Source: Reichenbachiella sp. (GTDB taxonomy: Bacteria; Bacteroidota; Bacteroidia; Cytophagales; Cyclobacteriaceae). Taken from it: a stretch of 64,000 bases of DNA. The translations under genes and the position numbers were made by a program. Numbering within the stretch: position 1 is the first letter of the stretch; each line of letters begins with the position of its first letter. This document shows positions 48,542-58,965 of the stretch, in pieces. The notes below the pieces were generated by a model. That model was not told the origin of the DNA. It saw nothing but the letters and a program-made list of their open reading frames with translations, and ran no database searches. The stretch lies in assembly GCA_965222305.1 (NCBI GenBank), contig OZ244943.1:3974258-4038257 (forward strand), in the 5' to 3' direction.

Positions 48542-49129
48542 TTAGTAGTCTTTGACGCAGCGGCAGCTGTTTTTATTTCGTGCGCTGATCACAATATGAG
48601 AAACTTCGTCATAGTCAGCGTAGAGCGAAATGAGTCCCGCAGTTCTTTTATCGCCAATCTCAGCATCCCATAGGTGGGCAGTTTTTCCAATGTCACTGAA
48701 TTGTCCATCTTCATTAGAAAACCCAGCCATAATGATGTTCAATCCGCTTGAGCCTCCATCTTTGAGAACAGATCCGGCCATCTTGTATCCACCAAAACCG
48801 AGCATCAACTCCTGCCATTCGAGTTGAGTAGATAAATGCCACCCCTCAGGGCAGGCTGTCTTAGCTTCTACCCAGTTGTACAAGCGACCGTATTTCGAGC
48901 AGTAAGCTTCATAGTTTTTGTAGCAAACGGAGCTTTCAGTTTTGAAATTGAGGTTTTCAGCCATCCATTCCCTTTCTATAAATATTCCACCTTCTAATGG
49001 AATCTGGATATTTACAGTCTTGTAAACATTACCATCCCTGGGGTCTTTGAACGTACGTTTTTCCTGTGCAAGGGAGCAAAACGCTAGTGAAAAAATTACA
49101 GCTACAAGTAAAAGTTTTTTCATCGTCAA
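48542..49129 (-). CDS. FISUMP (Fibrobacter succinogenes major paralogous) domain protein
   Basis: FKDPRDGNVYKTV, WMAENLNF, YGRLYNW, ACPEGWHL and SCRCVKD. Confidence 0.9.
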   Translation of the reverse strand: MTMKKLLLVAVIFSLAFCSLAQEKRTFKDPRDGNVYKTVNIQIPLEGGIFIEREWMAENLNFKTESSVCYKNYEAYCSKYGRLYNWVEAKTACPEGWHLSTQLEWQELMLGFGGYKMAGSVLKDGGSSGLNIIMAGFSNEDGQFSDIGKTAHLWDAEIGDKRTAGLISLYADYDEVSHIVISARNKNSCRCVKDY

Positions 49130-49352
49130 TTCAATTTGGTTGTTTTCGGTTTAAGATAGATAAGCTGAAAATATAAATATTTTGAGTATATCTGTTCAAA
49201 AATATAAAATTTTCAACCAATCAAAACTCATTTTGCACTTTCTTCAACAATGTATTATTTTTAATTATCGGTGCCTTAGACCCAATTTGCCCAATCTTAT
49301 AAGAGAGGTAATCTAGTTCGCAGTATATGCCAGTTATGTTAAAGCACAAACA

Positions 49353-50036
49353 ATGAATGGAAATCGCGGTAAATTGGCCTCAAGTGTCTTTTTTGTACTA
49401 CTCATTGCCATATGCGTTTTTTTGATGGAGGTGGCTTTTCATGATTTTAGTCGTATTTCTTCTGACCACCCTCACGAAATTGTACTTATTTATGATACGC
49501 TTAGGAGTCAACCCAATCGATCAGTAAGTGATTCCAGTAAATCTTGGGCTGTAGTAACAGATACCGCGACTGTGCAGGCTATAGAGACCCCTAACACGGT
49601 ATCAGTGATAGAGGAAAAAAGCACGGAAACAATAACGACAAAGCCTGAAGACCCTGAGTTGGTTAAAGAGGACGCAGAAGTAAAAAAGCAATTGTCGGTT
49701 TCTGAGCAAAAGCCCATAATAAGGTATTACAAAAAAAGCCTGGATGATCAAAAAGTGTATGAATTGAGAAAACTGGGATACTACATACATGAGCGTGAGT
49801 CCCAGGGTTTGAATCAATACCCTTCAAATGCCATTTTTTATGGCAGTGAAGTGCAAGGGAAATACATATATGAGGTGGCCTCACAATTGCTGAAGGTGGG
49901 CATTGAGATCAAATCCATTGAACAAACCCGCTACAGCTGGAAATCCAAAGCCATTGAGATAGGCACAGACACCACCATTGTGGATATGGCTTCCATGTCT
50001 AAAGAGGAGCTACGCAATGATTGGGGAGATAAGTAG
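49353..50036 (+). CDS. Hypothetical single-pass membrane protein
   Basis: TM segment, S/T/E/K-rich linker and compact C-terminal domain (SNAIFYGSEV...AIEIG). Confidence 0.72.
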   Translation: MNGNRGKLASSVFFVLLIAICVFLMEVAFHDFSRISSDHPHEIVLIYDTLRSQPNRSVSDSSKSWAVVTDTATVQAIETPNTVSVIEEKSTETITTKPEDPELVKEDAEVKKQLSVSEQKPIIRYYKKSLDDQKVYELRKLGYYIHERESQGLNQYPSNAIFYGSEVQGKYIYEVASQLLKVGIEIKSIEQTRYSWKSKAIEIGTDTTIVDMASMSKEELRNDWGDK

Positions 50037-50045
50037 TTTTGCGCC

Positions 50046-50915
50046 ATGAGCCTTTCCTCACACCTACACCTTCTCAAAAATGCCCTATTGCTCAGCAGGG
50101 TCAACAACCTGATCATTATTTTTTTTACACAATACCTTACCGCATGGTGCCTATATGATCGTTTGTCGGGCACATCGCTGATTATGAACCTGCCTTTTTT
50201 CGTCATGGTATTGAGTACAATCGTGATAGCCGCATCCGGATATTACATCAATGACTACCATGACATCAAAATGGACCTGATCAATAAGCCTCAAAAGGTG
50301 ATTGTGGGGAAGCACATAAAAAGACGGCATGTGATGATGGCACATATGATACTCAACAGTGTCGGAATATTGATGGGGGCATGGGTGTCGCTTTGGATAG
50401 GACTGGTCAATGCAATAGCCGCCTTTATTCTTTGGCTCTATTCTTCAGTTTTGAAAAAAATGCCCTTTGTGGGAAATCTTACGGTCGCTTTTCTCACCTC
50501 TGCCACACTGCTGATGGTCAACCTGTTTTTTTGTGAGCACAACCTTAAGGTTTATGTATTTTCCCTGTTCGCATTTGGAATCAATCTGATCAGGGAGGTT
50601 ATTAAGGACATAGAGGATATTAAAGGAGATTCGTCTTTTGGGAGCCACTCCCTGCCTGTGGTGATGGGCCTGCGGGTCACTAAGAATATCTTGTTCGTGC
50701 TAATTTTATTCTACTGTATAGGTTTGGTGGCTTTTCTGATACTCCTACGCAACGAAATCTTGAGTATTTACTTTGGTGCACTAGCTGTGGTTTTTCTCCA
50801 TTTTATTTATTTACTATGGAAGGCAGATACCAAAAGCCAGTTCACATTTTTGAGTAAATACGCCAAGTGGATTATCCTTGCAGGGATTTTCAGTATGGTA
50901 TTTTTGAGACTGTAA
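50046..50915 (+). CDS. UbiA-family prenyltransferase (DGGGP synthase-like)
   Basis: Multi-TM; Asp-rich motifs YYINDYHDIKMDLINKP and REVIKDIEDIKGD. Confidence 0.85.
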   Translation: MSLSSHLHLLKNALLLSRVNNLIIIFFTQYLTAWCLYDRLSGTSLIMNLPFFVMVLSTIVIAASGYYINDYHDIKMDLINKPQKVIVGKHIKRRHVMMAHMILNSVGILMGAWVSLWIGLVNAIAAFILWLYSSVLKKMPFVGNLTVAFLTSATLLMVNLFFCEHNLKVYVFSLFAFGINLIREVIKDIEDIKGDSSFGSHSLPVVMGLRVTKNILFVLILFYCIGLVAFLILLRNEILSIYFGALAVVFLHFIYLLWKADTKSQFTFLSKYAKWIILAGIFSMVFLRL

Positions 50916-51490
50916 TGGCAAAAAAGAAAATAGCAATATTCGCCTCGGGTAGTGGTACGAATGCCGAGGCTTTGGTGAGATATTTTGAGAATAGGGCGGA
51001 CGTTGAAATTTCATTGATCCTGGCCAATAAACCTGATGCCTACGTTTTAACCCGGGCTGAAAACCTGGGAATTCCTTCTTCGGTATTTAACCGTACTGAG
51101 TTCAGAGAGGGTATTGTCTTGGAACGATTGGTTGATCAGCAGATTGATTTCGTTGTATTGGCGGGGTTTCTCTGGTTGGTCCCCTCCGAAATGATCGCCC
51201 GATTTGAAAACAAAATCATCAATATCCATCCATCTCTTTTGCCGAAATACGGAGGAAAGGGTATGTATGGCGCTCGGGTGCATGAGGCGGTCATAGCTTC
51301 AGACGATACACAAAGCGGCATTACTATACATCTGGTAGATGAGATATATGATAATGGCCGAATCCTTTGCCAGGAAAAAGTACAAGTGGCTCCAGACGAC
51401 ACGCCAGATTCGTTGGCACAAAAAATCCACAAGTTGGAGCATATCTATTTTCCACAGACTGTAGAAAAGTACATTCGAGAATTCGGTTGA
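50915..51490 (+). CDS. purN: Phosphoribosylglycinamide formyltransferase
   Basis: Start moved to ATG 50915. IAIFASGSGTN, VVLAGFL, IINIHPSLLPKYGG, SGITIHLVD and EHIYFP. Confidence 0.96.
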   Translation: MAKKKIAIFASGSGTNAEALVRYFENRADVEISLILANKPDAYVLTRAENLGIPSSVFNRTEFREGIVLERLVDQQIDFVVLAGFLWLVPSEMIARFENKIINIHPSLLPKYGGKGMYGARVHEAVIASDDTQSGITIHLVDEIYDNGRILCQEKVQVAPDDTPDSLAQKIHKLEHIYFPQTVEKYIREFG

Positions 51491-51542
51491 AAGACAAAGC
51501 AATCTTTCTACTTTGATCCTGTATCACTCAGGATTAAATAAC

Positions 51543-51550
51543 TACTTTTG
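51543..51550 (+). promoter_or_regulatory. Bacteroidota sigma-A -7 element upstream of purH
   Basis: TACTTTTG, 24 nt before ATG 51575. Confidence 0.55.
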
Positions 51551-51574
51551 CGCTTTGTTTTTTGGGAAGTGAAT

Positions 51575-53101
51575 ATGGGATCTAAGAAAATAAAGTCAGC
51601 ATTAATATCAGTTTATCACAAAGACAGACTCGAATCTCTGGTCAAAGTCTTGGCGGATAACGGAGTACAAATTTATTCCACCGGAGGTACACAAAGTTTT
51701 ATCGAGGATCAGGGAGTGGCTGTAACGGCCGTGGAAGACCTTACCAGTTATCCTTCGATTTTTTCCGGAAGGGTCAAAACCTTACATCCGGCTATATTCG
51801 GTGGTATCCTAAATCGCAGGGACAACACCAGTGATCAGGCTGAAAAAGAGCAGCACAACATACCGGACATTGACCTGGTGGTCGTTGACCTGTACCCATT
51901 TGAGGATACCGTGGCTTCCGGAGCATCCGAAGCTGAGATCATTGAGAAAATCGATATTGGAGGTATATCCCTAATTCGTGGCGCTGCCAAAAACTTCAAT
52001 GACGTGCTCATAGTGTCGTCCATGGAGCAGTATGATGAGGTAATTGAGATGCTATCTGCTCAAGCATGTGAGACTACCTTGGAGCAGCGAAAGCATTTTG
52101 CAGCCAGGGCATTTGATATTTCGTCGCACTACGACGCAGCGATATTCAATTATTTTAATGCTGAAGAAGGCATTCCGTCCTTCAAGCAAAGTGTGCGAAA
52201 AGCTAGTGAACTGCGCTATGGGGAAAACCCTCACCAGGAAGGGTCATACTATGGCAATCTGGGTTCGCTCTTTGAAAAACTTAATGGAAAAGAACTGTCG
52301 TACAACAACCTGGTGGATGTCGAAGCAGCGATTAGCCTGATCAAGGAATTTGACGGTGAGTTGGCCTTTGCCATAATCAAGCATACCAACGCTTGTGGAG
52401 TGGCTAAGGGAGCCACTGTGAAGGAAGCCTACCTTCGCGCTCTTTCGTCCGATAATATATCCGCTTTTGGAGGCATCCTGATCACCAACGAGAAAGTTGA
52501 TTTGGCAGCAGCCGAAGAGATCAATCAATTGTTTTGCGAAGTGTTGATTGCTCCTGATTATGACCAGGAGGCACTTGACCTATTACAATCTAAAAAGAAC
52601 CGAATAATTCTAAAGCTCAAAGACTTTGACCAACCTAAAAAGCAGTTCAAGTCTTTGTTGGGAGGGGTGCTGGTACAAGATGCCGACCTCAAAACCGATT
52701 CGAAAGAAGATTTGAAAACAGTCACAAAAAAAGCACCATCTGACGATGAAGTAGAGGCCATGATTTTTGCTTCTAAGGTGTGTAAGCATACAAAGTCCAA
52801 CACCGTGGTTTTGGCTAACAAGGATATGATGCTCACGAGTGGTACGGGCCAGACCAGCCGGGTTGATGCTTTGAACCAGGCCATAGAAAAGGCCGGAACT
52901 TTTGGCATGGAACTCAAAGGCTCCGTGATGGCATCAGATGCTTTCTTCCCATTCCCGGATTGCGTGGAGATCGCTGACAAGGCTGGAGTGGCCGCTGTGA
53001 TACAACCTGGGGGATCGATCAAGGATCAGCTTTCGGTCGACTACTGTGATGAAAATGGGATGTCCATGGTAATGACCGGCACCCGACATTTCAAGCATTA
53101 A
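51575..53101 (+). CDS. purH: Bifunctional AICAR formyltransferase / IMP cyclohydrolase
   Basis: ALISVYHK, STGGT, GRVKTLHP, IDIGGISL, LRYGENPHQ, KHTNACG, ASDAFFPF, IQPGGS and RHFKH. Confidence 0.97.
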   Translation: MGSKKIKSALISVYHKDRLESLVKVLADNGVQIYSTGGTQSFIEDQGVAVTAVEDLTSYPSIFSGRVKTLHPAIFGGILNRRDNTSDQAEKEQHNIPDIDLVVVDLYPFEDTVASGASEAEIIEKIDIGGISLIRGAAKNFNDVLIVSSMEQYDEVIEMLSAQACETTLEQRKHFAARAFDISSHYDAAIFNYFNAEEGIPSFKQSVRKASELRYGENPHQEGSYYGNLGSLFEKLNGKELSYNNLVDVEAAISLIKEFDGELAFAIIKHTNACGVAKGATVKEAYLRALSSDNISAFGGILITNEKVDLAAAEEINQLFCEVLIAPDYDQEALDLLQSKKNRIILKLKDFDQPKKQFKSLLGGVLVQDADLKTDSKEDLKTVTKKAPSDDEVEAMIFASKVCKHTKSNTVVLANKDMMLTSGTGQTSRVDALNQAIEKAGTFGMELKGSVMASDAFFPFPDCVEIADKAGVAAVIQPGGSIKDQLSVDYCDENGMSMVMTGTRHFKH

Positions 53102-53391
53102 TGCATATAATAAATATCCAATATACCCGACCACTTGTGGAAATCGATGCCCAGCTTGATGCGCATGTGGCCTTCCTCAATGAACAATATGCCCTGGGCA
53201 ATTTTCACATAAGTGGTCGCAAAACACCCCGAAGAGGAGGAGTCATCATTTCTACCCTGGATGACAGGGAATTATTATTAAAAATAATTGAGGAAGACCC
53301 CTTTAAAAAGCATAATTTAGCGACCTATGAATTGATAGCGTTCGAGCCATCAAAGACTTCTGCGGAGTTTGAGTTTCTACTCAGCAAGTAG
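53101..53391 (+). CDS. YciI family protein
   Basis: LDAHVAFL, SGRKTPRRGGVII and IIEEDPF. Confidence 0.82.
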   Translation: MHIINIQYTRPLVEIDAQLDAHVAFLNEQYALGNFHISGRKTPRRGGVIISTLDDRELLLKIIEEDPFKKHNLATYELIAFEPSKTSAEFEFLLSK

Positions 53392-53497
53392 ATTCCATTT
53401 ACATCCTAATTCTAAGTGACTTAGGTGTTGATCGGGAGGATTTTTTTTGTAATTTGTACGCTTCCAGTCAGTTCGATATTTTGATCAGGATAATACT

Positions 53498-54526
53498 ATG
53501 GGACTTTTTGATTTCTTTTCTAGTGATATAGCCATTGACCTGGGTACGGCCAATACCCTAATCATAAGCAAAGACCAGGTGGTGGTGGATGAACCGTCGA
53601 TCATTGCCATCGACAAAGCCAAAAATAAAGTGCTCGCGATTGGTCGGGAGGCCATGCAGATGCACGAAAAGACCCATGAAAGCATCAAAACAATACGTCC
53701 GCTTAAGGACGGCGTGATTGCCGACTTTCAGGCTGCAGAGTCTATGATCCGAGGCATGATCAAAATGATCGACAAAGACAAGAAAAAGTTTTTTCCTTCC
53801 TCACATCGGATGATCATCTGCATTCCCTCTGGGATTACTGAGGTAGAAAAACGAGCAGTGCGAGACTCAGCCGAGCATGCCGGTGCTAAAGAGGTGTACA
53901 TGATCCACGAGCCTATCGCAGCAGCCATTGGTATTGGAATCGATATTGAACGACCCGTTGGCAGTATGATCGTGGATATCGGAGGGGGTACAACAGAGAT
54001 CGCTGTGATTGCCCTTTCAGGAATTGTTTGTGACCAGTCGATTAGAGTAGCAGGAGATGCTTTCAACAAAGACATACTCGATTACATGAGGCGACAGCAC
54101 AATCTGCTCATCGGTGAACGAACTGCAGAGAAAGTGAAAATCCAGGTGGGTTCGGCCCTGACGGAGTTAGATGAAGGTCCTGAAGACTTTGACATTCGTG
54201 GACGAGACCTGATGACCGGGATACCTAAGGTCATAAAACTTTCTTATTCTGAAGTGGCCTTTGCCATAGACAAATCGGTATCGAAGATAGAAGAGGCGGT
54301 ACTGAAAGCCCTTGAGATTGCACCTCCTGAGCTGAGTGCAGATATCTATGACAATGGCATCTATCTGACCGGTGGAGGAGCATTGCTTAGAGGGCTGGAT
54401 CGAAGGCTCGGAATGAAAACGAAATTGCCCATCCATATAGCTGAGGATCCGTTGAAAGCCGTAGTAAGGGGTACCGGAGTAGCCCTCAAAAGGCTGGATC
54501 AGTTCAAGGCGGTACTAATGCAATAG
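53498..54526 (+). CDS. mreB: Rod shape-determining protein MreB
   Basis: AIDLGTANTLI, RPLKDGVIADF, VDIGGGTTE and GIYLTGGGALL. Confidence 0.98.
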   Translation: MGLFDFFSSDIAIDLGTANTLIISKDQVVVDEPSIIAIDKAKNKVLAIGREAMQMHEKTHESIKTIRPLKDGVIADFQAAESMIRGMIKMIDKDKKKFFPSSHRMIICIPSGITEVEKRAVRDSAEHAGAKEVYMIHEPIAAAIGIGIDIERPVGSMIVDIGGGTTEIAVIALSGIVCDQSIRVAGDAFNKDILDYMRRQHNLLIGERTAEKVKIQVGSALTELDEGPEDFDIRGRDLMTGIPKVIKLSYSEVAFAIDKSVSKIEEAVLKALEIAPPELSADIYDNGIYLTGGGALLRGLDRRLGMKTKLPIHIAEDPLKAVVRGTGVALKRLDQFKAVLMQ

Positions 54527-54530
54527 TAGT

Positions 54531-55364
54531 ATGCAGCGTCTATTGCAGTTCCTCTTTAGGTACAGGGTATTTATCCTGTTTTTATTTATCGAGGGAGTTT
54601 GCTCTATCATTATTGTCAAAAACAACAGCTACCAGGGCGCCAAATATCTCAGTGCATCCAATACATTAAGTGCATCGGTGTTAGGTACGGCCAATGACGT
54701 TGGCGATTATTTCAATTTGAAAACTGTAAACCAGGATCTGGCAGCAGAAAATGCCAGATTGAGACAGACGCTGTTTCACCTAATGGCCGTCGATTCCACC
54801 TCCCCTGATTCCATTGCTGCATTGGTGAGCGATACATTAGGCAGGGCAGTCAAGGCCAAGGTCGTCGACAACAGTCTTTTTTTTAGAAACAACTATCTGG
54901 TCATAGACAAAGGAGCAGAGGACGGAGCCTTTCCGGGTCAGGGAGTCGTAGGCCCCAATGGCATAGTAGGGAAAGTACAGCGTACCTCTGACGAATACTC
55001 CACAGTGTTGTCTCTGTTGCATAGCAAGACGCTGATTTCTGCTCGGCACAACGAATCCGGATATTTGTGCTCTGTGGTATGGGAGGGTGAATCACCCTAT
55101 CAAGCCAATGTACGGTACTTGCCTCGACACTTGGATATTGCTATTGGAGATACGATAGTCACCTCGGGTTTCAATTCAGTCTATCATGAAAATAGCCCCA
55201 TCGGGGTGGTGAATGATGTAGGCCTGGGATCAGAGTCGGCATTTTACGACGTTACGATTGACCTGGCGACAGACTTTAGCAAATTGTCATTTGTCTATCT
55301 CCTGGATCTGAAGGGTCGGCAGGAAATTGATTCATTAAAAACAGAATCTCAGCAGGATGGGTAG
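54531..55364 (+). CDS. mreC: Rod shape-determining protein MreC
   Basis: TM segment plus coiled coil (LAAENARLR), VIDKG..DG, GIVGKV and VTSGF; directly after mreB. Confidence 0.94.
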   Translation: MQRLLQFLFRYRVFILFLFIEGVCSIIIVKNNSYQGAKYLSASNTLSASVLGTANDVGDYFNLKTVNQDLAAENARLRQTLFHLMAVDSTSPDSIAALVSDTLGRAVKAKVVDNSLFFRNNYLVIDKGAEDGAFPGQGVVGPNGIVGKVQRTSDEYSTVLSLLHSKTLISARHNESGYLCSVVWEGESPYQANVRYLPRHLDIAIGDTIVTSGFNSVYHENSPIGVVNDVGLGSESAFYDVTIDLATDFSKLSFVYLLDLKGRQEIDSLKTESQQDG

Positions 55365-55869
55365 GAATGCTATATCGACCATGATGGCCCCTGTGCTGAT
55401 ATTTCTCGTTCAGGTCCTCGTACTCAAGGACATTGTGTTGTATGGGTATGCCTTCTGCTTCCTATATGTTTTCCTGATTTTGCTATTACCTATGGATATG
55501 AATCCATTGGCTCAGTTGATTTCCGCTTTTGTGATCGGTATACTGGTCGATGTATTCTACAACACACCGGGCCTTCACGCTTCAGCTTGTGTGTTGATGG
55601 TTTTCCTCAAAGTCTATTGGCTGCAAATCATGACGCCAAGCGGAGGCTATGATTCCGGGGCCAGGATCAACGTACGCACCCAGGGACTACAGTGGTTTTT
55701 AGGTTATTCGTTTCCGCTTATTTTGGCCCATTCATTGGTTCTGTTTTTTGTAGAGGCTAGTGGGTTTTCTATGTTTTGGTCTACCCTCGGCAAAGCCTTT
55801 TATAGCGCACTATTCACATTGGTGATGATTCTGATCGTGCAGTATTTGTTTTATAAAAAAGTGCGATAG
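55357..55869 (+). CDS. mreD: Rod shape-determining protein MreD
   Basis: About five TM segments, FVIGILVDVFYNTPGLHASA; lies between mreC and mrdA. Confidence 0.9.
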   Translation: MGRNAISTMMAPVLIFLVQVLVLKDIVLYGYAFCFLYVFLILLLPMDMNPLAQLISAFVIGILVDVFYNTPGLHASACVLMVFLKVYWLQIMTPSGGYDSGARINVRTQGLQWFLGYSFPLILAHSLVLFFVEASGFSMFWSTLGKAFYSALFTLVMILIVQYLFYKKVR

Positions 55870-55870
55870 G

Positions 55871-57675
55871 ATGTTTGACGACAGGCGTCATATCATCCGA
55901 ATCATGGTCGTCCTTGTAGGGTTGATCTTTCTGGTGAAGCTTTTTTCGATACAGATTCTTGATGAGAATTATAAAGCAGCGGCAGAGAGCAACATAATCC
56001 AAAAAGTGGTCGAATACCCCTATCGTGGGCTGGTTCATGACCGGGATCAAAACCTATTGGTGTATAACGAGCCCGTCTATGACCTGATGGTCATTCCCAA
56101 TGAGGTAAATGTACCCGACACCACGAGGTTTTGCGCAATGCTGGGCATTACCACGGAGGAGTTTGTTCTTAGAATTAATAAAGCCAAGCGCTATTCTTAC
56201 ATCCAACCTTCGATATTCGACAAGCAGATTTCTATCAAAGCATTTGCCAGGATTCAGGATCAGCTATCAGATTTTAGGGGCTTTATGCCAAAGGCCCGGA
56301 CAGTGCGCGGCTATGAAGTAAATGGCCTGTCAAACGTGCTTGGATATATCGGGGAGATCAATAACCGTCAGCTAAGAGCGGATAGCAGCAACTATTACCG
56401 ACTCGGAGACTATATCGGCATCACAGGTCTGGAGGCCGAGTACGAAGATTACCTAAGAGGTCAGCGTGGTGTGAAATATAAAATGGTCAACGCTCGAGGA
56501 GTCGAAAAAGGGTCTTTCAAGAATGGTTCGTTAGATACCTTATCCATTCCCGGTGATGACCTTATATTATCTGTCGATTTGAAACTGCAGCGTTATGCTG
56601 AGAAGCTGATGACTGGCAAGGTAGGGTCGGTAGTAGCCATTGACCCACGTACAGGGGGGATATTAGCCTTTGTATCCTCTCCTACCTATGACCCCTCATT
56701 GCTGGCGGGCCGGGAGTTTGGTCAAAATTTTGGGACGCTCAGCGAGGATAGCCTCAAGCCGCTGTTTAATCGACCGCTGATGGCTATGTACCCACCGGGA
56801 TCAATTTTCAAGATCATTCAGGGATTGATTGCGCTTCAGGAGGGGGTAGTTTCCGCTAAGGAAAAAATATACTGTGATGGCACGCTGATCGGTGACCATG
56901 CACCGCCCGGTTATTATGACATGCACCGTGGGATCATGCTTTCTTCCAATAACTATTTTCATAAAGTATATCGTAGGATCATCGAGCGAAACAAAGAAAT
57001 CAGCCCATTTGAGGAGGCTCCTATCGGCCTGAAAAGGTGGCAGGAGCAGGTGATGCGCTTCGGACTGGGCCGGCCGCTCGGTGTTGACCTTCCAAATGAA
57101 CGATCAGGGCTGGTGCCGGGAGTGGAACTGTACAACAAAATTTATGGTACGGGTCGATGGAAGTATTCCAATATATCTTCCATGAGTATCGGCCAGGGGA
57201 ATTGTTGATGAATCCCATTCAAATGGCGAACCTAGCTGCGATTATCGCCAATCGAGGACATTATTACCGGCCTCATTTGGTTACTTCTATTGGAAGTGCA
57301 GGGTATATCCGACCAGAGTATCGGGAGAAAATTGATATTGGAATAGACCCTGTACACTTTCCCGTGATCATTCAGGCTATGCAGGACGCATTGAGCGGTA
57401 CGGCACCCCGTGCAGTGATCAGGGATATAGACATATGCGGTAAAACGGGTACAGCGCAAAACCCACACGGCGAAGACCATTCTGTATTTATGGCTTTCGC
57501 TCCAAAAGATGAGCCGGTCATCGCCATATCGGCGTATGTCGAAAATGCCGGATGGGGAGGTCGGGCGGCTGCTTCTATTTGCAGCCTTATGGTAGAGAAA
57601 TACATAAAGGGAGAGCATAGCCGACAATGGCTCGAAGATTATGTTTTAGTTGGTGATTTCGCAGACAAGGAATGA
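55871..57675 (+). pseudogene. mrdA: Penicillin-binding protein 2 (MrdA), split by a one-base frameshift (possibly a sequencing artefact)
   Basis: Fragment 55871-57208 has RGLVHDR, SxxK (PGSIFK) and SxN (SSN). Fragment 57157-57675 has NPIQMA and KTG (GKTGTAQ). One extra G in GGGG at 57196-57199 restores IGQGELLMNPIQ and a 601-aa protein. Confidence 0.9.
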
Positions 57676-58937
57676 GAGGAGAAGGAATACTGGATCGAAT
57701 GGATTGGGTGACCGTGGGCCTTTATGTGGCCTTGGTTGGTTTCGGCTGGTTCAATATCTATGCAGCAGTCTACGACGATAGCGTGACCGACTCCTTGCTG
57801 GCCTTGTCATACAATCCGGGCAAACAATTGCTGTGGATTGGCACATCGATCTTGCTCATTATCGGAGTGATGAGTTTGGACTTTAAATTTTACAGCTCTT
57901 TCGGGTTTATCATTTACGGGGTAATGGTTCTGCTGCTGGTTGTGGTGTTGCTGTTTGGTCGTGAGGTAGCAGGATCCAGGTCATGGTTTGAGATCGGGGC
58001 TTTTAGGCTTCAGCCCTCTGAGTTTGCCAAGTTTGCTACGGCTCTGGCACTGGCGGCCTATTTGGGGGACATCAATGTCAAAATACAAAACATCAAGACG
58101 CAGCTAATTGGCGCAGCACTCTTTGCTGTTCCTATGGTTCTAATTGTGCTGCAAGGTGACACAGGGTCGGCTATGGTGTATGCGGCATTTTCGATCGTAT
58201 TATTTAGAGAAGGCTTGTCCCCGCTTTACTACATCGTGGGAATTGGGTTTGTAGCCCTATTTGTACTCACATTGTTGGTCAATAAAGTAGCCATCATGAT
58301 CATAGCCGGGATTATTTGCTTAATTGTAATTGGGGCCTCTGTCAAAAAACCAAAGCGGATACTAATAACCATTCTGGTTGGCTTGGCTGTATTTGCCACG
58401 ATTATTAGTGTGGATTTTTTGATGACCAAAGTCCTCAAGCCTCACCAGCAGAGCCGTGTGATCTCACTGATCAATCCTGATGCCGATCCTCTGGGAGCGG
58501 GTTGGAATGTGACGCAATCAAAAATTGCTATCGGTTCTGGCGGCATGTTTGGCAAAGGCTTTTTGCAAGGGACACAAACGAAGTTTGATTTTGTGCCCGA
58601 GCAAAGCACCGATTTCATTTTCTGTACTCTGGGAGAAGAACAGGGTTGGTTTGGCAGCTTGATTCTAATAGGACTGTTTGTCACTTTGCTAATTAGGATT
58701 TCGATAATTGCCGAACGGCAGAAGGCGAAGTTTGCCCGGATCTATGGCTATGGAGTGCTTTCGGTATTGTTTTTCCACTTTGCAGTGAATATTGCCATGA
58801 CTATCGGGTTGTTTCCGGTGATCGGTATCCCGCTGCCATTTTTTAGCTACGGTGGATCGTCGCTATGGTCATTTACCATCCTCTTATTTATCCTGATCAA
58901 ATTGGATTCTCACAGGATGCAGGTCTTGATGAGGTAA
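57672..58937 (+). CDS. rodA: Rod shape-determining protein RodA (SEDS family)
   Basis: GSRSWF, LQPSEFAK, LQGDTG, QSKIAIGSGG, PEQSTDFIF and GIPLPFFSYGGSS. Confidence 0.96.
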   Translation: MRGEGILDRMDWVTVGLYVALVGFGWFNIYAAVYDDSVTDSLLALSYNPGKQLLWIGTSILLIIGVMSLDFKFYSSFGFIIYGVMVLLLVVVLLFGREVAGSRSWFEIGAFRLQPSEFAKFATALALAAYLGDINVKIQNIKTQLIGAALFAVPMVLIVLQGDTGSAMVYAAFSIVLFREGLSPLYYIVGIGFVALFVLTLLVNKVAIMIIAGIICLIVIGASVKKPKRILITILVGLAVFATIISVDFLMTKVLKPHQQSRVISLINPDADPLGAGWNVTQSKIAIGSGGMFGKGFLQGTQTKFDFVPEQSTDFIFCTLGEEQGWFGSLILIGLFVTLLIRISIIAERQKAKFARIYGYGVLSVLFFHFAVNIAMTIGLFPVIGIPLPFFSYGGSSLWSFTILLFILIKLDSHRMQVLMR

Positions 58938-58965
58938 TTTATTTCAGAAGGATAGAGGCTGGGTA

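Noticed and set aside
53101-53391. YciI gene between purH and mreB as a special system
   Set aside because: YciI proteins are small and widespread; nothing suggests more than a passenger gene.
57157-57675. Separate 172-aa gene
   Set aside because: It is the C-terminal part of PBP2; its first 13 or so residues are out-of-frame read-in.
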